Source: Scyliorhinus canicula (taxonomy: Eukaryota). From it: a stretch of DNA of 64,000 nt. The notes under the pieces were generated by a model that saw only the letters and a program-made list of their open reading frames with translations, searched no databases and had not been told where the DNA came from. Made by a program: the position numbers and the translations under genes. The DNA is taken from assembly GCF_902713615.1 (NCBI RefSeq), contig NC_052149.1, positions 234,334,069 to 234,398,068 of the forward strand, written 5' to 3'. Below, one piece after another: positions 9,435 to 22,086 of the stretch. Position 1 is the first letter of the stretch. Every line of letters begins with the position of its first letter.

Positions 9435-11401
9435 CCATGATGTGGAGATGCCGGCGTTGGACTGGAGTGAGCACAGTAAGAAGTCTTACAGCAATAGGTT
9501 AAAGTCCAACAGGTTTGTTTCAAACACAAGCTTTTGGAGCGTAGCTCCTTCCTCAGGTGAATGGAGAGGTATGTTCCAGAAACATTTATATAGACAAAGT
9601 TTGAGATGCTGGACAATGCTTGGAATGCGAGCATTTGCAGGTAATCAAATCATTGCAGATCCAGGGAGAGGGATAATCACAGGTTAAAGAGGTGTGAATT
9701 GTCTCAGGCCAGAGCAGTTGGTAGGATTTTCAAGTCCAGGCCAGATGGTGGGCGGTGGATGTAATGTGACATGAATCCAAGATCCCGGTTAAGGCCGAAC
9801 TTAGCTATAAGTTTTTGCTCGTCAATTCTGCATTGTCGTGTGTCCTGAAGACTGCCTTGGAGAACGCTTCCCCAGAGATCAGAGGCTGAATGCCCTTGGC
9901 TGCTGAAGTGTTCCCCGAGTCAAAGGGAACATTCCTGCCTGGTGATTGTCGCACAATGCCCGTTCATTCGTTGTCGCAGTGTCTGCATGGTCTCGCCAAT
10001 GTACCATGCTTCGGGACATCCTTTCCTGCAGCGTAAGAGGTAGACGACATTGGTCGAGTCATACGAGTATGTGCCACGTACCTGGTGTGTAGTGTTACCA
10101 CGTTTAATGGTGGTATCCAAGTCGATGATCTGGCATGTCTTGCAGAGAGTGCCCTGGCAGGGTTGTGTGGTGTCGTGGTCGCTGTTCTGAAGGCTGTGTA
10201 ATTTGCTGCAAACAATGGTTTGTTTGAGGTTGCACGGTTGTTTGAAGGCCATTAGTGGGGGTGTGGGGATGACCTTGGCAAGATGTTCATCTTCATTGAT
10301 GATGTGTTGAAGGCTGCGGAGAAGATGTCGTAGTTTCACCGCCCCAGGAAAGTACTGGACGACGAAGGGTACTCTGTCAGTGGTGTCCCGTGTTTGTCTT
10401 CTGTGGAGGTCAGTGCGGTTTTTTGCTGTGGTGCATTGGAACTGTCGATCGATGAGTTGAGCTCCATATCCCATTCGTACGAGAGCATCTTTCAGCATCT
10501 GTAGGTGTCTGTTACGCTCCTCCTCGTCTGAGCAGATCCTGTGTATATGGAGGGCTTGTCCATAGGGGATGGCTTCTTTAATGTGTTTCGGGTGAAAGCT
10601 GGAGAAGTGGAGCATCGTGAGGTTGTCTGAGGGCTTGCGGTAAAGCGAAGTGCTAAGGTGACCGTCCTTGATGGAGATGAGTGCGTCTAAGAATGCAACA
10701 GAATTTGGAGAATAGTCCATGGTGAGTCTGATGGTGGGATGGAATTTATTGACCTCATCGTGTAGTCGTTTCAGTGATTCTTCGCTGTGGGTCATCGTGC
10801 GACTCGACCAATGTAGTCTACCTCTTACGCTGCAGGAAAGGATGTCCCGAAGCGTGGTACATTGGCGAGACCATGCAGACACTGCGACAACGAATGAACA
10901 GGCATCGTGCGACAATCACCAGGCAGGAATGTTCCCTTCCATTCGGGGAACAGTTCAGCAGTCAAGGGCATTTAGCCTCTTATCTCCGGGTAAGCATTCT
11001 CCAAGGTGGTCTTCAGGACACGTGACAATGCAGAATTGCCGAGCAAAGACTTATAGCTAAGTTCGGCACGCATGAGTGTGGCCTCAACCGGGATCATGGA
11101 TTCATGTCGCATTACATCCACCCCCCACCATCTGGCCTGGACTTGCAAAATACTGCCAACTGTTCTGGATTGAGACAATTCACGCCTCTTTAACCTGTTA
11201 TTATCCCTCTCCTTGGATCTGTAATGATTTGATTACCTGCAAATGCTCGCATTCCAAGCATTGTCCAGCATCTCTGACTTTGTCTATATAAATGTTTCTG
11301 GAACATACCTCTCCATTCACCTGAGGAAGGAGCTACGCTCCTAATGCTCGTGTTTGAAACAAACCTGTTGGACTTTAACCTGGTGTTGTAAGACTTCTTA
11401 C
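9435..11401 (-). mobile_element. Penelope-like element with an inverted terminal duplication
   Basis: RT thumb (LYRKP, HPKHIKEAIPYGQ) and GIY-YIG (VVYLLRC..YIGET..LRQRMN.H); 10795-11401 is an inverted copy of ~9470-10066; flanked by TGTATTT(A/G)TTGA at 9423-9434 and 11402-11413. Confidence 0.92.
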
Positions 11402-12354
11402 TGTATTTGTTGAGATGCCTTTTGAACAGTGTTAATGTATCTTCTTCCACAACCTCCCCTGGCAACACGTTCCAGGCACTCTTCGCCCCATAGGGACATT
11501 GGGAAAATCAAACTAGCCCCAATACCATTGAGGAGAAATTCCCCGAATGTATGCGGGATGGATTTCTGGACTAATATGTTGAGCAACCAAGTAGAGAGCA
11601 AGTAATCCTAGACTAGGAACCACTGTGTAATTCGAACGGAATCACTGGCAATCTAGTTGTGAGACCTCCTGGACATGATAGAATTTTTCATCAAGATGGA
11701 GAGTAAAGTCTTTGATTCTGAGACTCGGGCCCTGTATCTTAGTAAAGGAAACTACAATGGTTTGAGGCGTAAGTTGGCCATGATAGATTGGAAAATTAGT
11801 TAAAGGAATGACGGTGGATAGCCAATGGAAAATCTTCAAGGAGCGGAAAAATTGTTTATCCATCTCTGGCACAAAACTAAAATTAGAGACAGTATTCGAT
11901 CCAAGGAAGAAACAGACAAATCGGCCAAGGAAGCAGGTCTGAGAAATAAGGGCAGTTTAGAATTCAGCAAAGAAGGACCAAGGGATTGATTGGGGGGGGG
12001 GGGGGGGTAGAGTACGAGAGTAAACATGCAAGGACCTTACAAAATGACTCCAAACGTACCTACAGAGGTACGTGAAGATGAAAAGATTGGTGCAGACAAA
12101 TGGAGATCCCTTCCAGTCAGAAACCTGGGAATGTATAATAGGGCAAAGAAATACCTGAGCAACGAAACACACATTTTGGTTCTGCCTTCACAAGTGAGAA
12201 ACACAGATCTAATGCCAGAAATATAAAGGGAACGCAGGTTTTAGTGAGAGGGAGAAACTGAAGGAGATCAGTATTCGTGGAGATATTGTTGGGAAAATTC
12301 ATGGGACTGAAAGCTGATAAATCCCCAGCAACTGATAATCTACATCCTAGAGCA

Positions 12355-12664
12355 TATAATAATAAGCTTTATTATTGTCACAAATAGGCTTCCATTAACA
12401 CTGCAATGAAGTAACTGTGAAAATCCCCTAGCCACCACACTCTGGCACCTCTTCGGGTGCACTGAGGGAGAATACAGAATGTCCAATTCACTGAACAGCA
12501 CGAATTTCAGGACTTGTCGGAAACTGGAGCACCCAGAGGATACTCACACAGACATGGGGTGAGCGTGCAGACTCTGCCCAGACAGTGACCCAAGCCGGGA
12601 ATCGAACCTGGGACCCTGGCACTGTGAAGCAATCATGCTAACCACTGTGCTACCCTGCCGCCCC
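12355..12664 (-). mobile_element. V-domain SINE with a GTGACAATAA/(TTA)n-type tail
   Basis: tRNA head and V-domain on the minus strand; tail tttcacagt..tgtgacaataa. Confidence 0.85.
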
Positions 12665-14450
12665 AAGAGATGTGGCTCTAGAAATAGTGGATGCATTGGT
12701 GTCCATCTTCCAGCATTCTATAGACTGGAACAGTTCCTGCAGATTGGAGGGTAGCTAACGTAACTCAACTACCTAAAATGGGAGCTAGAGAAAACAAAAA
12801 ACAGGAAATTATAGACCAGTAAGCCTGACGACAGTAGTGGGAACATTCTGGAATCCATTATCAATGTTTAAAGCAGAAAACCTGGAAAATAATGGCAGGA
12901 TCGACAGAGCCAGCATGGATTATGAAGGGAAAATCATGCCTGACAAATCTACTGGAATTATTCGAAGATGTAACCAGTAGAGCTCACGAGGGGGATCCAG
13001 TGAATATTTGGACTTACAAAAGGCTTTTGATAAAGCCTCGCATTCTAAATTAGTTGCAAAGTTAAAGTGCATGAAAGTATGGATAGTGTATTGAGATGGG
13101 CATACAATTGGTTGGCAGACAGTAAATAATGAACAGAAATGAACGGATGTTTCTTGTATTGGCAGGCAGTGACTAGTGTGGTGCCGCAGGGATCGGTGCT
13201 AGGACCCCAGCTATTCACAAAAAATATTAACGATTTAGATAAGGAAACAAAACGTAATATCTCCAAATTTGCAGATGAAGCCAAGTTGAGTGGGAGGTTG
13301 AGCTATGAGGAGGATGCAGAAATCCTTCAGTGTGATTTGGACAAGTTGGGCGAGTGGGCAAATGAATTGCAGATGCAATATAGTTTGGAGAAGTGCGACG
13401 TTATCCACTTTGGTAGCAAAAACGAGAAGGCAGACTATTATCTGAATGACCATGACGTAGTAGAGAGAAATGTGCAACGAGACCTGGGTGTCCTCGTACA
13501 CCAGTCACTGAAGGTAAGCATGCAGGTACAGCAGGCAGTAAAGAAGGCAAATAGTATGTTGGTCTTGATAGCGAAAGGATTCGATTACAGGAGCAGAAAT
13601 GTCTTGCTGCAATTATACAGGTCCTTGGTGAGACCACACCTGGAATATTGTTTGCAGTTTTGATCACCTTATCGGAGAAAGGATGTTCTTGCTCTTGAGG
13701 GAGTGCACATAACGTTTACCAGACTGATTCCTGGGATGGGGGAATTCTGTATGAGCAGATATTGAATCGGTTAGGACTGTATTCACTATAGTTCTGAAAA
13801 TGAGTGAGGATCTCATAGAAAGCCCTACAATTCTAATAGGACTATTCAAGGTAGATGCAGGAAGGATGCTCCCCATGGTTGTTGTGTCCAGAACCAGGGG
13901 TCAAAATCTGAGGATACGCAGCAGACAATTTAGGACAGAGATGAGAATGAATCTATTCACCCAGAGAGTTATCGACTTGTGTTACCACAGGATGTAGTTG
14001 AGGTTAACACATTGGATGAGTTCAGCAAGCAGTTTTATATAGCACTTAGGGTGAAGAAGATCAAAGGGTTGGGGGGAAGGTGGGATTACGCTATTGAGTT
14101 GGATGATCAGCCATGATCAGAATGAATGGCGGAGCGGGCTCAGGGGGCCGAATGAACTCATTCTGCTTCGATTTTCTGTTATATTTCTATGAGATTCGCT
14201 GCAGCTATGAACTAGTTATACATGGAGTATACAAAATTCAATTTCAGACTTGACATCTCTTGCCGATGTCTGTTTCCATAACCATCCTTTCAATTGTTCA
14301 GAATTTGACTGTTTTGAAAATAAAATAAAATGCTGTGATCAAAAATAAATAAACGGAGGTTGAAATCATTGCTCAATTTTTGCATTTGGATAGGACATAC
14401 TGATCGCATTTCAAAGTTCTGTAAGAAAGCAGTTGGAAAGGTCAACATAC

Positions 14451-14621
14451 AGGCTGTTTAGCACAGGGCTACATCGCTGGCGTTGAAAGCAGATCAGTAT
14501 CACGGTTCGATTCCCGCAACAGCCTCGCTGAACAGAATCTGGAATGTGGCGACTAGGGGCTTTTCACAGTAACTTCATTTGAAGCCTACTTGTGACAATA
14601 AGCGATTTTCATTTCATTTCA
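14451..14621 (+). mobile_element. Short tRNA-derived SINE
   Basis: B-box GGTTCGATTCCC, tail ttttcacagtaacttcat..tgtgacaataa, (TTTCA)n end; absent from the paralogous promoter region at ~24820. Confidence 0.8.
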
Positions 14622-14970
14622 CATAGGTTGAAAGTAATTAACAGAGGGCTGTCATTAATACAATACAGAAAAGGACCATTTTCCTTCGCAAAATATCATC
14701 TTGTGACAAGTGGAAAAATTTTTATGATGCTGCGTGACAGATATTGAAATTATTTTGTCGCAGATTACATGCAAATGAAGTGAATGGAAAGATTTGATAT
14801 TATAATATAATTGCTTTTGAATGGAGCAAAGATGACGTTTAAAAATAAATATTGCCGGCGTGTGTGAATTATGGTTGTACACTGTTAAAACGTTCATCCT
14901 GATTGAAGTCCCTCAAAATCAGAAGCTGTGCAGCTTTAAGAAAAAGTGGTGTAATGAGAGGGAGGGACTC

Positions 14971-14992
14971 GCTGTGTCGCTGCGGATCAATG
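14971..14992 (+). promoter_or_regulatory. CSE / CGCT-box-like promoter element of gene 2 (putative CTCF site)
   Basis: GCTGTGTCGCTGCGGATCAATG, ~235 nt upstream of the ATG; position and core match the clustered Pcdh conserved sequence element. Confidence 0.7.
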
Positions 14993-15212
14993 AGGATCTC
15001 AGATACAAAAGGAGATCTATTGCTCCTCCCACGGCACAGAACCAGAAGAGGAACAGAAAGACAATCGTTGCCCGCGTTCATTTTGTAGAAAGGTCTCTGT
15101 CAATTCGCTCGGCATCTGATAAAGAAGAAATTTTGTAGATTATGCGATCGGGCAGCGCTTGACCTGGATAGACAAACGGTTTATTTTTGCGCGTCTCCAA
15201 GTATAAACGGCA

Positions 15213-17609
15213 ATGGCAGATCCACGGATAACCAACGGCTTAAAATTCAGACCATTTGATATTATTTTCCTTGTTTTTGTATCGGATCTGGCTTTCGCAA
15301 AGATTCACTATTCGATTCGCGAAGAAATGGAGCCTGGCGCATTTGTTGGGAATGTCGCCGAAGATTTGGGATTGGACATTCGGAGGCTGTCAGCTCGAAA
15401 ATTCCGACTGGTTCCAGCTGATAAAAGGCAATGTTTGGAGGTGAATTTAGAAAGCGGCATTTTATTTGTGAACAAGAGGAAAGATAGGGAACAGCTGTGT
15501 GGGCAGATGCCAGCTTGTCTTCTTTCTTTCGAGATTTTCGTGGAAGAACCTTTGGAGATGTACCGCGGTGAAGTGGAGATTCTTGATATAAATGATAATT
15601 CACCCAGTTTCCCGGAGAGTGTTATTCTCTTACAAATGGCAGAATCCATGGCGCCAGGCTCTCGATTTCCGCTAGAGAGCGCTCTCGATGCAGACGTGGG
15701 GACAAATGCAGTCTCTGTGTATAATATCAGCCCGAATGAGCACTTCGGTCTAAAAGTGGAGACTGCAGAAGACGGTACTAAACTTGTACTGTTGGTGTTG
15801 GAGAAACCGTTGGATCGCGAACGGCAGTCATCCTTTCAGCTGATGCTGACGGCAACTGACGGAGGGAATCCTCCCAGATCTGGGACCGCTCGGATTCTCA
15901 TCACTGTGCTGGATATCAACGACAATGCACCTCGTTTCGATAGTAACGTTTACAAGGTCAGCCTGATAGAAAACTCTCCAAGAGGTACCTTGGTGGTTTT
16001 AGTCCATGCCACTGATCCAGACGAAGGTTCGAATGCGGAGGTAACTTATTCTTTCAGTAACCGTGTTTCACAGAAAATACAGGAACTGTTTAGTTTGGAT
16101 CCTCGCACAGGAGAGATTCGTGTTCAGGGCACAATTGATTATGAGGAAGGTGACAATTATTCACTTGATATTCAAGCTGTGGACAATGGTTCACCGGCAA
16201 TTGGAGGACATTCTAAAGTTCTGGTTAAGGTAAATGATGTCAATGACAACGCCCCTGAGATATTACTAAAGTCAATTGCTAGCAGGGTCCCAGAAGATGC
16301 TGCTCCCGGGACTGTGACAGCTCTGATCAATGTAATCGATCGAGATTCTGGAAAAAACGGACAGGTGCGCTGCGACATCCCTAAGAACGTTCCCTTTAAA
16401 CTTCAAAAAACTTCGAGTGGTCATTACAAATTGATAACCAGTGATATGTTGGACAGTGAAACCACCCCTCTGTACAGCATAGCTATTTTAGCCAGGGACT
16501 CCGGGTCTCCTCCACTATCAACAAATAAAACCATTCAGATAACGGTGTCTGATATAAACGATAACGCCCCAAGGTTTGCTCGACCGATGGACACGGTGTA
16601 TGTGATGGAGAACAACGCTCCCGGTACTTCTATTTTCGCAGTGACTGCTTCCGATCCTGACCAGGATCAGAATTCCTACGTCACTTACTCTTTCATAGAC
16701 AACCTGATTCAAAATTTACCATTGACAAATTACCTCAATCTTAATTCGATGAACGGGACCATTTACGCGCTCCGCTCATTTGACTACGAGCGTGTTAAAA
16801 ACTTCCAGATTCAAGTCCAAGCCCGAGACTCTGGCGTTCCCCCTCTGAGCAGCAGCGCAACATTAAATGTGATTATCCTGGATCAGAATGACAACGCTCC
16901 AATAATTGCGTCACCTTCAGCACAGAGCGGATCAGCAGGAGTGGAGGTTGTGCCTCAGTCAGCGGGCCAGGGGTACTTGGTCACCAAGATAATCGCAACT
17001 GATGCTGATTCCGGTCAGAACGCACGGCTCCTCTATCAGGTGCTGAAAGCCACTGATCCCAGTCTGTTCATCGTGGGGCTTAACTCTGGAGAAATCAGAA
17101 TAGCCCGAGGAATTTTGGAGCAGGATTCTACCACCCAGAGGCTTGTGATCTTGGTGAAGGATAATGGACAGCCGAGTCTCTCCAGCACGGCTACAATCCA
17201 CTTTTCAATCTTGGGCAATGTTACTGAAATCTTCTCCGAAAGTAGTAACTTAGTGAGAAATCCTGAACATGTCTCTGATATAAATCTCTATTTAATTGTC
17301 ATTTTTGGTTCAACTTCCTTTATATTTCTTATAACCATAATATTGCTGATTGGCATCAAGTGTAAACAGGATAGAAATTCACCTGAAGTTTACAACTCCC
17401 CAAGTTGTTGCGATGGACTGGACGATTCTAACAATGCCTTTGATCCGAGACCTACACTGAAAGAATCTTTAAATTATACTGGGGCTGGAGAAATTATTCG
17501 CATCCCTGACACGCATCATTATTCAGTTTGTCTCTCTCCCGAATCGGCTAAGAGCGATTTTCTGTTTTTGAAACCCTACACACCATCCATGTCTCAGGAC
17601 CGATGTTAA
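15213..17609 (+). CDS. Clustered-type protocadherin, gene 2
   Basis: 798-aa ORF with the same architecture; CX5C LCGQMPAC; ends KSDFLFLKPYTPSMSQDRC*. Confidence 0.95.
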   Translation: MADPRITNGLKFRPFDIIFLVFVSDLAFAKIHYSIREEMEPGAFVGNVAEDLGLDIRRLSARKFRLVPADKRQCLEVNLESGILFVNKRKDREQLCGQMPACLLSFEIFVEEPLEMYRGEVEILDINDNSPSFPESVILLQMAESMAPGSRFPLESALDADVGTNAVSVYNISPNEHFGLKVETAEDGTKLVLLVLEKPLDRERQSSFQLMLTATDGGNPPRSGTARILITVLDINDNAPRFDSNVYKVSLIENSPRGTLVVLVHATDPDEGSNAEVTYSFSNRVSQKIQELFSLDPRTGEIRVQGTIDYEEGDNYSLDIQAVDNGSPAIGGHSKVLVKVNDVNDNAPEILLKSIASRVPEDAAPGTVTALINVIDRDSGKNGQVRCDIPKNVPFKLQKTSSGHYKLITSDMLDSETTPLYSIAILARDSGSPPLSTNKTIQITVSDINDNAPRFARPMDTVYVMENNAPGTSIFAVTASDPDQDQNSYVTYSFIDNLIQNLPLTNYLNLNSMNGTIYALRSFDYERVKNFQIQVQARDSGVPPLSSSATLNVIILDQNDNAPIIASPSAQSGSAGVEVVPQSAGQGYLVTKIIATDADSGQNARLLYQVLKATDPSLFIVGLNSGEIRIARGILEQDSTTQRLVILVKDNGQPSLSSTATIHFSILGNVTEIFSESSNLVRNPEHVSDINLYLIVIFGSTSFIFLITIILLIGIKCKQDRNSPEVYNSPSCCDGLDDSNNAFDPRPTLKESLNYTGAGEIIRIPDTHHYSVCLSPESAKSDFLFLKPYTPSMSQDRC

Positions 17610-17786
17610 ATTGTAAAGAACTGACAACATTGAGGCAGGGTGAAATTAATGGCCTTCTCTGTTAAATCAGTCTCTGCCGGTTGAATTACTGAAACTATTT
17701 ACCTTATGATGATCGCTATTATAGAATGAAAGGATCGTTCTTGTCCTGCAACTGTCAAGTGTTGTTCATCAAAAAATATGGTGAAA

Positions 17787-17792
17787 AATAAA
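17787..17792 (+). terminator. Putative poly(A) signal of gene 2
   Basis: Conserved AATAAA ~180 nt after the stop. Confidence 0.55.
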
Positions 17793-18322
17793 AGGCTCCA
17801 TGAAAATACAGCAACGCGCGTGTGAACCCTGCCTCTGTTAACTGGGAAGGGATGTCGGCAGGCGAGTTATTCCACGAGCTACCCAATTAAGTTTGTTGTT
17901 CAGGGCCTCTCCAAAATTGGTCTAATTGATACCTGAATGTATTCAGATATTTTCTCTTCACCGTTTGCGGTTGAAATTCCAACATAAGCGATTGGAAGGA
18001 CCTTATCCCTTCATAACATCGAAAAAAGTAATGGGTGAGCTTTACATTTCATAGCTTGCTGAATGGATTCTTATGGTGACTTCCACATAGATACTCTGCT
18101 GAAGTTATTTCACAATGGCGCGAAATTGGCGTAAAACTACTTTCAAAGGAGTTTTACTTTCAAAATAGCTTCTGGCCCAGTAAGTCAATGAAGGTTTTAA
18201 TGCTCCATATCAGCATCCCCCATCTTTAGTTATCAAACCTAATCTGCATACTTCTTCGTAAGTGCTTTTGGGAAGTCCTTTGGTTTAGAACTGACATTTT
18301 CCTGATACTAATTGGAAAAAAT

Positions 18323-18768
18323 CATTTCCGGAATGTGAGCATCGCTGGTTATGCCAGCATTTATTGCCCATCCAGAGTTGCCCTTCAGAAGGAGGTGGTG
18401 AGTTGCTTTTTTGAACCGCTGCAGTCCCTCGGGTGTAGGTACATCCACAGAGCTGTTCGAGAGGGAGTTCCAGGATTTTTACCCAGTTACAGCCAAAACA
18501 CGGCAATATATTTCCAAGTTAGTGACTTGTAGGGGAGCCTCCAGGCGGTGGCTTTCCCAGGCATCTGCTGCTCTTGTCCTTCTAGATGGTAGTTGTCGTG
18601 GGTTTGGATGGCGCTGTCGTCGAAACCTTGGTGAGTTAATGAGTGCATCTTGTAGATGGTATACACGGTAGTCCACTGTTCATCGGTGGTGGAGAGTTTG
18701 AATGTTTGTGGAAGGGGGGCAATCAAGCGTGCTGCTTTGTCCTGGATGGTGTTGCGCTATTTTAGTGT
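18323..18768 (-). mobile_element. L2/CR1-group LINE 3' fragment (insertion A, copy 2)
   Basis: Homologous to 3236-3696, with the same junctions. Confidence 0.75.
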
Positions 18769-19600
18769 TGGGGTCTAAGCTGGCCCTCAGCAAAGAGAAA
18801 CAGACTTACCCCCTCCAAAAGACTTTATAAAAAACAATTCCCTGAAGTATTTTTGTCAGAACAAAGCTGAGTGTTTGAGATTTTACTGTCCAGCCCGCGA
18901 TTTTCTGCCCACAGTTAGACCAAAACCATGCAAATGTGACTGAAGCTGAGGAGCTAATGTTCAGAGATTATGAAAATGTTTACAATCCACTGGTCAGAAC
19001 GCACAATTGTAACATGGCTGTATTTGTACTTGACAGTTGGCGGGACATTCATCGTACTTTTAACGTTGTGGTAGCGTTAACGCATTCATGTTAAATAGCT
19101 TGGTGTCTCCATCTGAGTCGGCAATATATGAACATTGTGCAAGCGCACTAAATATTTGCTGATTGGTGCTAGACGGGCTGGTCCCTCGAGTGGCATAATG
19201 CAAACTTTGAAATTGATGAGTAATTATAGAAGCTGACCCGTCACTGTACGTGGAGAAGGTAGCATCAAAGAAAACAAAATACACAAAATTAAATGATGAT
19301 TTTAGTCATAACACCGAAGTAACAGAAGACGACAGACATTTTAATCACAGTGACTAATATCAAGACACTTAGCAGAAATGATTTACAGCAAGTGACAGCA
19401 ACATGGTCGCAAAACAGGATTCAGTTACCTGGAGGGTACCTGAAGATTGAAATTTTATTGAGAATTGCACCTCCAGTTTTAAAGTTCCACTTACCCAATA
19501 ATAAAACCTATTCTGCTGTTCTGGATCAAATAAGTTGCTCAATCTCGTTAAAATGATTTCATATTAGTTTACAGTTCTTTGCCAGTTTAATGTAAATTAA
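18769..19600. repeat. Paralogous non-TE spacer block, copy 2
   Basis: Aligns with the other four copies. Confidence 0.8.
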
Positions 19601-19929
19601 TAGTTTTATATTTATATCTTGAACGCGAGTGTGTGATTCTCGTGGGCTGTGATCAGGCATAAACATATTCAGAATCTCCAAATTATGATTGGCAGCAATA
19701 GTTACTAAATACTGAACACATTCAGAAAATTCTTCTGTAAAAATCAAATGTAGGCTCTGACCGACCTAACACAATTTGATTCACATACAATCAAAATAAC
19801 GAGAAGGAAAGTGTGGAAAATGTGTGCCAATCACACATTGCACAAATTTGAAATCATATTTCACGAGGATAAAAGGCTTTCTGAGCAATTCTTTAGACTG
19901 TCAGAGCATAACTGCAAGATAAAATGTAT

Positions 19930-21665
19930 CAAATGCAAATTACTGCGGAAGTTGGAATCTGAAACCAAAGAGAAAATGCTGGGAAATCTCATCATGTCTG
20001 GCAGTATATGTAGGGAGAGAAAAGAGCTAACATTTCGAGTACAGATGACCCTTTATCAAAGCTATTAGACAGAGAAAGTGGGAAATATTCATACGGTGGA
20101 GGGAAAATGAAAGATGACTCATAGCCACAGAAATCCAGAGAAACGGGGTGCTGATAGTCGCAGGAACCACGGGGAAAGTGCGCTAATGGCAGTCTCCAGA
20201 GAGAACAAAAGGTGTGAAAGGCCAAGCAGCAGAGAAACTGACATCAGAGGGTAAACTGTGACAGATGTAGATTTGGGGGGAGTGGAAGGAGAATCAAAGA
20301 GGAGAAAAGGTAAGGACAGGTGGATAAGATGTGTGAGTTACATATATATATATATATAAAGAAATAAATGGTAAAAGGCTGTTAAAATGAAATGGAATGA
20401 AAACAAATGGGTTAAGGTGGGATACAGCTAATCATCTGAAATAGTTGAATTCGATGTTCAGACCGAAAGGCTGTAGCGTGCCTAACTGGAAGATGAAATG
20501 TTGTTCCTCTAGTTTGCGTTGAGCTTCACTGGAACAGTGCAGCAGGCCAAGGACCGACATGTGGGCATGGGAGCAGGGACTTGTGTTAAAATGGAAAGCA
20601 ACGGGAAGGTCAGGGTCCTGAAAGCGCACAGCCCGCAGCCGCACTGCAAAGTGATCAACCAGTCTGCGTTTGGTCTCTCCAATATAAAGGAGACCACATT
20701 GGGAACAGCGAATGCAATAGACCAGATTGAAAGAGGTGGAAGTGAAACAATGCTTAATCTGGAATTAGTGTTTTGCGCCAGGGATGTGAAGCATGGAAGA
20801 GGTAAATGGGCAGGTGTTACACCTTCTGTGATTCCACTGACTAGATTATCTCGGAGGGAACCGTCTCTGCGGAATGCTGACAGACGGAGTGAAGGGAAGA
20901 TGTGTTTGGTGGTGTCATCACACTGGAGTTGGCAGAAATGGTGGAGGATTATGCTTTGCAAACGGAGGCTGGTGAGGTGAAACGTAAGCACGAGGGGGAC
21001 TCTATCCTTGTTCTGGAATGGAGGTGGGATAGTGGCGGGGTGATGGACTGAACACTGTTGAAGGCCCTGTCAACAACTGTAGGTGGGAAATCAAGGTTGA
21101 GGAAGGAGGAACACATTTTCAAAACACCATTTTGGAAAGTGGCATCATCAGAACAAATGAGACGGAGGCGAAGGAGCTGAGAGAAAGGCATGGAATCCTT
21201 ACAAGATGTAGGGTGCGAAGAGCTGTCGTCTAGATAGCTGTGGGAGCAATGAGATTGTAGTGGATATTAATAGATAGTCTATTGCCGGAAATAGAGACAC
21301 AAAGATCAAGGAAGGGAAGGGAAGTGCCTGAGATGGAGCAGGTGAAAGTGATGGAGGGGCGGAAATTTGAAGCGAAGATGATGAATTTTCCAGGTCAGGG
21401 CGAGAGCATGAAGCGGCACCAAAATAGTCATCAGTGTGCCTGTAAAGGAGTTGTGGGCGGGAACCCGGTTAGGCCTTGAACAAGGTATGGTCCACATGCC
21501 CCCAAAAAAGGCAAGCGTAGCTAGGACCCATGTGGGTACCCATTGCTGCACATTTGATTTTCAGAAAATGGGATGAGTTAAATGAGAGGTTGTTGAGCGA
21601 TAGAACGAGTTCAGCCAGGCAGAGGAGAATGGTGGTGGATGGCAATTGCCCAGAATTATTTGTAT
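19930..21665 (-). mobile_element. Degenerate Penelope-like element, second family
   Basis: Peptide remnants GTHMGPSYACLF (RT), PFSQLLRLRLICS (thumb), PVAFHFN..RKLEEQHFIFQLGTLQPFGLN (GIY-YIG C-terminus); TSD-like AGATA(A/C)AATGTAT at 19917-19929 and 21666-21678. Confidence 0.85.
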
Positions 21666-21710
21666 AGATACAATGTATTGGTTGCTTTGATCAGCATTTC
21701 AAGACAGAAG

Positions 21711-21902
21711 CATAGAATCATAGAATATACAGTTCAGAAGGAGGCCATTCGGCCCATCGATTCTGCACTGACCCTCTGAAAGAGCACCCTACTTAAACCC
21801 ACACCTCCGCCCTATCCCCATAATCCAGTAATCGCACCCAACCTTTATGACACTAAGGGGCAATTTAGCATGGTCATTCCGCCTAATTTTCACATCTTTG
21901 AT
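21711..21902 (-). mobile_element. Truncated V-SINE (3' part)
   Basis: (TAGAATCA) tail, gaaggaggccattcggccc, end of the V-domain; a remnant lies at the paralogous site 8775-8835. Confidence 0.75.
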
Positions 21903-22086
21903 TGATGAAGGAAAAACATTTTTCAAATGTTCTTGATTCCACACCTGACTTGATTATTCCTAGCGATGATTCATGTGCCTTTTTGGGTTTTTTTTTGCTT
22001 ATGGATTGCCATTCATGCCAAATATTTCTTTTTTTCTAGTATTTCCGTTTCTACTTTCCCTTGTGTTTATAATAGTGGTAAGATTA

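Larger units (their letters stand above)
8886..14191 (+). mobile_element. Degenerate CR1 LINE (insertion B, copy 1), interrupted by SINEs, a CR1 tail and a Penelope element
   Basis: Broken EN/RT peptides (VPQGSVLGPQLF, SKFADE, LVRPHLEYC); same junctions as 22087-24564 and 30277-33097. Confidence 0.85.

Noticed and set aside
9920-10915. 331-aa ORF as a standalone gene
   Set aside because: It is a Penelope RT-thumb/GIY-YIG fragment whose first ~40 codons come from reading across the inversion junction at ~10795.
17630-17650. G|GTGAAA donor-like motif behind genes 2, 3 and 4
   Set aside because: It lies after the stop codon and is degraded in gene 1 and the pseudogene, so it cannot join a constant exon in frame.
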